Shown here piece after piece: positions 60,553 to 64,000 of a stretch of 64,000 nucleotides of DNA (the stretch's first letter is position 1; each line of letters begins with the position of its first letter). Origin of the DNA: Sphaerodactylus townsendi (Eukaryota); the NCBI RefSeq assembly GCF_021028975.2, contig NC_059436.1, positions 35,960,001-36,024,000 on the forward strand, given 5' to 3'. The position numbers and the translations under genes were made by a program. The notes beneath the pieces were generated by a model. It did not search any database, was not told the origin of the DNA, and saw only the letters and a program-made list of their open reading frames with translations.

Positions 60553-62136
60553 TGAATGCGGTTCAAGCAGGTCTTCGGTTCAGATCTTTCCACAAAGATC
60601 ATGGCTTTCAACAAATCACAGTCAGTCTCTCCTAATATGCTGGCCTATTTAACCAGTCTGTTGTAAGGATTATAATGTGCTCATGTGTATGAAGCATTTT
60701 GGACATTAAAAGATATATAAATGCTGAATAGTATTATAGATCCTACCTGAAAACCTGGTTCTTTTCCATCCCTTTCTAAGCAGGTAGAGCGCAGTTCGCA
60801 CTAAGTGAAAGGATGACCTCTGTTGGTTGGCAAACCAGGGCACCAGGCAGCTCCAATGAACCACAAAAATATTCTGCTAACAGCTTTTTCCTTCAGCACC
60901 CCCTCCCTCTGGAATGGGGTTTCAGAGGAGACCACATTCCTCCCAGTCTTTACAAAAATGTGCAAATCTGTATTATTTGGGAGGCGTCACTGTTGAGGGT
61001 GCTTGCTCATTAATTATTATCTTTTTGGCAGGCAGATTGTCCCTGTTCATTAGTTTGATGTGTCAGTTTGATGTCTGTTTTAATTGAAAGTTTCCCTGGA
61101 TTATTAGAACAGTGGACTAGAATTTTTTGGCAAATGAAGAAATATTTTTTTAAAAACAGTTAATACCTTGGAGTAGTTGCTGGCCATCCATTCCAGGGCC
61201 AATGTCACAGTGGGACCAGTAGCACTGTGTGATGGTGAGAGGGTCAAACTAAGATCTGGCAGACCAAGGCTGGAATCCCCACTCAACTATCGAAGGTTGC
61301 TGGGTGACCCTGGGCCAGGCCGACCTACCATACAGGGTTGTTGTGAGGATAAAATGAAAGAGAGGAGAATGATATAAGCCATTTTGGGTCCTCACTGGGA
61401 AGAAAAGGGGGATATAAATGAAGTAAATAAACACTGTACCTCTGGAACAGTAGTTTCCTTCATTGAAGAATATTTTTTTAAAAATCTGAGTGAGTATAAT
61501 GATGAATTGGGGCGGGAGAAACTGCTCAAAGAGACAAACGGACATCTTAAGGAAGCATTTTTAAAACTTTTTGATGCTGTCTCTTCCTAGATGCTAAACT
61601 ACACAGATCTTGAGCTCAACCACAGGGTTCTGAGAGTTTCTATTGGTAATAAAGAGACCAAAGAAATCCCTGGCTTTCCTTTTTATGCCTTTGAATCCCC
61701 ATCTGGAGATATTGCAGCCCCACCTGGTGAGAAAATCTGGCTACAGCCCTATATTAATCAAGATTCTGCTGTCTGCTAAAGGCAGGTCATAAAAACACTG
61801 GAGAGTGAGAAAAGAATCTTTTTTTGTATAATTATGTATATAAAAGCATTTGTATTGTTCAAAGGGCAATACATATTATTGCAGTAATCCTCATGACTGG
61901 CACCTCTTAAGTCTTTGGCAGAGGTATTTGTTTTATTGTTGATTAGTACTTATGTGCTATGATTTATGTGCTTTTCACAGCAGTTTGCTACAAACTTATG
62001 TTTGTGCCAGATACAAAATCACTCAGAACTTTTACCTATTCAAACTAAATATTTTACATTTATTGTAGGAACATTTCTAGATAGGATAGAATAGGGTGTA
62101 TAAAATTTCCTAATCTAGTCTGACTAGGGTGGAGAG

Positions 62137-62419
62137 AGAAGAGTTTGGATTTATAGCCCACCTTTCTCTCTTGTAAGGAGACTCAAGGTGGCTTACAAGC
62201 TCCTTTCCCTTCCTCTCCCCACAACAGACACTTTGTGAGGTGGGTGGAGAGTTCCAAAGAACTATAAATAGCCCAAGGTCACCCAGCAGGAATGTAGGAG
62301 TGCGGAAACCCATAAGGTTCACCAGATAAGCCTCTGCCACTCAGGTGGAGGAGTGGGGAATCAAACCCAGTTCTCAAGATTAGAATCCACCTGCTCTTAG
62401 CCACTACACCTTGTTGGCT
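62137..62419 (-). mobile_element. Squam3-like SINE
   Basis: Same family as above. Confidence 0.85.
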
Positions 62420-63139
62420 CAGATGGAGAAGTATGGATGTGTGCAAGTGGAGGTATGAGAAGAAGCAGGAAGGAAGGATGTTTCCCTGAGAGTGGCAGTC
62501 TGCACATCAAATGAATAATGACAGAGCAGCAGATAAAGAATGCTCAGTGTCTTGACTTCTCTATCTGTCTGACTCTTACTAGTCAAGTTCCTCTCTGAAG
62601 AGACAGAACAAAGTCCTTCACTTCCTATAAAACCAGCATGAGTAAATGCAATCAGTATCAACACAACATCAGCAGCACTGATAATCTGAACCATAAAAAA
62701 CAGCAGCAGATCAATACACACAGAGAAATCTTAGGCTAGGAGATGAGAGGGATGGATGAGAGGGATGACCAGGATAATAAAGTGGTCCAGCAGGAGGCCA
62801 AGCCAAGTCCCATATTGCTGCTACTGACCAAGCCTTAGCCAGATGGCCATACAGGGATATCAGCTTTATTGTGGCTTGGTTTGCAGCTAACTGCTAGTGG
62901 CCTCTTGAGCAACAGCCTTCTTCACACCTTAAAGGGCCTGTCTCCCTTTGCTGATGAAGACTTTACCAATGACATGAAGTAATGTCGTTGTGTTGACGTT
63001 GTGTTGATACTGATTGCATTTATTCACAGTCGCAGTGCTATGCCAGTACAAACAGCATGGTTTTCAGACAACCTGTATGCCAGGTTTTCTAAAGGGGAAT
63101 AAGGTCTGCTTGAACCCACCATTATTGTCTCTTGCCTAG

Positions 63140-63284
63140 GTCACCGGCTTCCCCCATTCCAACTGGCTTTTCAGTGCATCCCGAGACAAAACAGTACTGC
63201 TGTGGCAGTTGCATGGCACTCTTGGGCCAGCTCAGTGTTTCTCAGGACACGATCTGGTAGTCACCGGACTGGCTGCTAGCCCAG
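63140..63284 (+). CDS. WDR31: WDR31 coding exon 4 ([26 protein letters not shown]...[13 protein letters not shown])
   Basis: CCTAG/GTGAGG, 145 nt; WD40 motif. Confidence 0.93.
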
Positions 63285-63354
63285 GTGAGGGAAATGTGAC
63301 TCTCATCTCAGACTTCTAAAACCTGAGCCCTCCAGAGGAGGGCGGTCTGTAAAC

Positions 63355-63377
63355 CTAATTAATTAATTAATTAATTA

Positions 63378-63415
<38 letters not shown>

Positions 63416-63416
63416 A
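63355..63416. repeat. (TAAT)n(TGAT)n microsatellite
   Basis: Direct reading. Confidence 0.9.
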
Positions 63417-63599
63417 AAAAGCTGTACAGACATGCAGAATAATGCACTTTCAATCCACTTTGAAGCTGGATTTTACTGTGTGGAATAGCAAAATCACTTG
63501 CAAACAATTGTGAAAGTCAGTTGAAAGTGTATTATTCTGCATGTGCAGAAGGGGCCTAACTTGCCATGCTTTTTCACTAACACTGTCTTGCTTGTTCAG

Positions 63600-63700
63600 C
63601 TTTCCGACAGCTCTGCACAGGTTCCCGTGACAACACTGTCTGCCTGTGGGACATAGAGACAGGTGACTGTTTGCACAGAGCTCCCATTTCAAGGAACCTG
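63600..63700 (+). CDS. WDR31: WDR31 coding exon 5 (AFRQLCTGSRDNTVCLWDIETGDCLHRAPISRNL); gene continues beyond window
   Basis: TTCAG/GTAAGA, 101 nt; LCTGSRDNT..LWD motif. Confidence 0.93.
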
Positions 63701-64000
63701 GTAAGACCAAATGAAATCTCTCTGTTTCTACATGGAAAAGAAAAATCTTTACAAATTAGACATGTCAAAGATGCAAATATTTTTTAAAATAGTGATAGTA
63801 CTGTCACTATTTTCTTTGATATATGTCAACAGAGCCTCCATGTTCAGAGGCAGTATACCACTGAAAACCAGATGAGAAAAACAATATGGAGAGGATTTCA
63901 GGTCCTCTTTGGTACTCTTTGGAGAACCCTAGTTGGCCATGGTTGAAAATAGGATACTAGATTTAGACAGACCTGTGGTCTGATCCTATCAGGGCAGGTG

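Noticed and set aside
62951-63013. C/D box snoRNA (TGATGA ... CTGA) in a WDR31 intron
   Set aside because: Terminal stem is weak, no recognisable rRNA guide, and the segment overlaps an inverted-repeat arm that explains it better.

Overview
Vertebrate genomic DNA, almost certainly a squamate reptile and probably a gecko, judging by its SINE families. It covers the syntenic block known from human 9q32: C9orf43 (minus; first coding exon, gene runs off the left edge), POLE3 (plus, 4 coding exons), ALAD (plus, 11 coding exons, 333 aa), HDHD3 (plus, 1 coding exon), BSPRY (minus, 6 exons, 412 aa) and WDR31 (plus, first 5 coding exons, runs off the right edge). Exons were placed by hand from translated similarity, GT/AG boundaries and phase continuity. 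Introns and intergenic DNA are dense with MIR/Squam3-like, Squam2-like, Sauria and 5S-derived SINEs, CR1/L2/RTE LINE fragments, Penelope-like repeats carrying hammerhead-ribozyme cores, a solo LTR, and many hAT and Harbinger-type MITEs with visible target-site duplications. The least explained structure is a ~1.26 kb CpG-rich imperfect palindrome between POLE3 and ALAD (14498-15761). Each arm has promoter motifs and a CTCF-like site (the pair is divergent), and the centre is a phased array of ten ~21-bp units in which every second unit is a small hairpin. Repeat family names are from recall, not from a database search.
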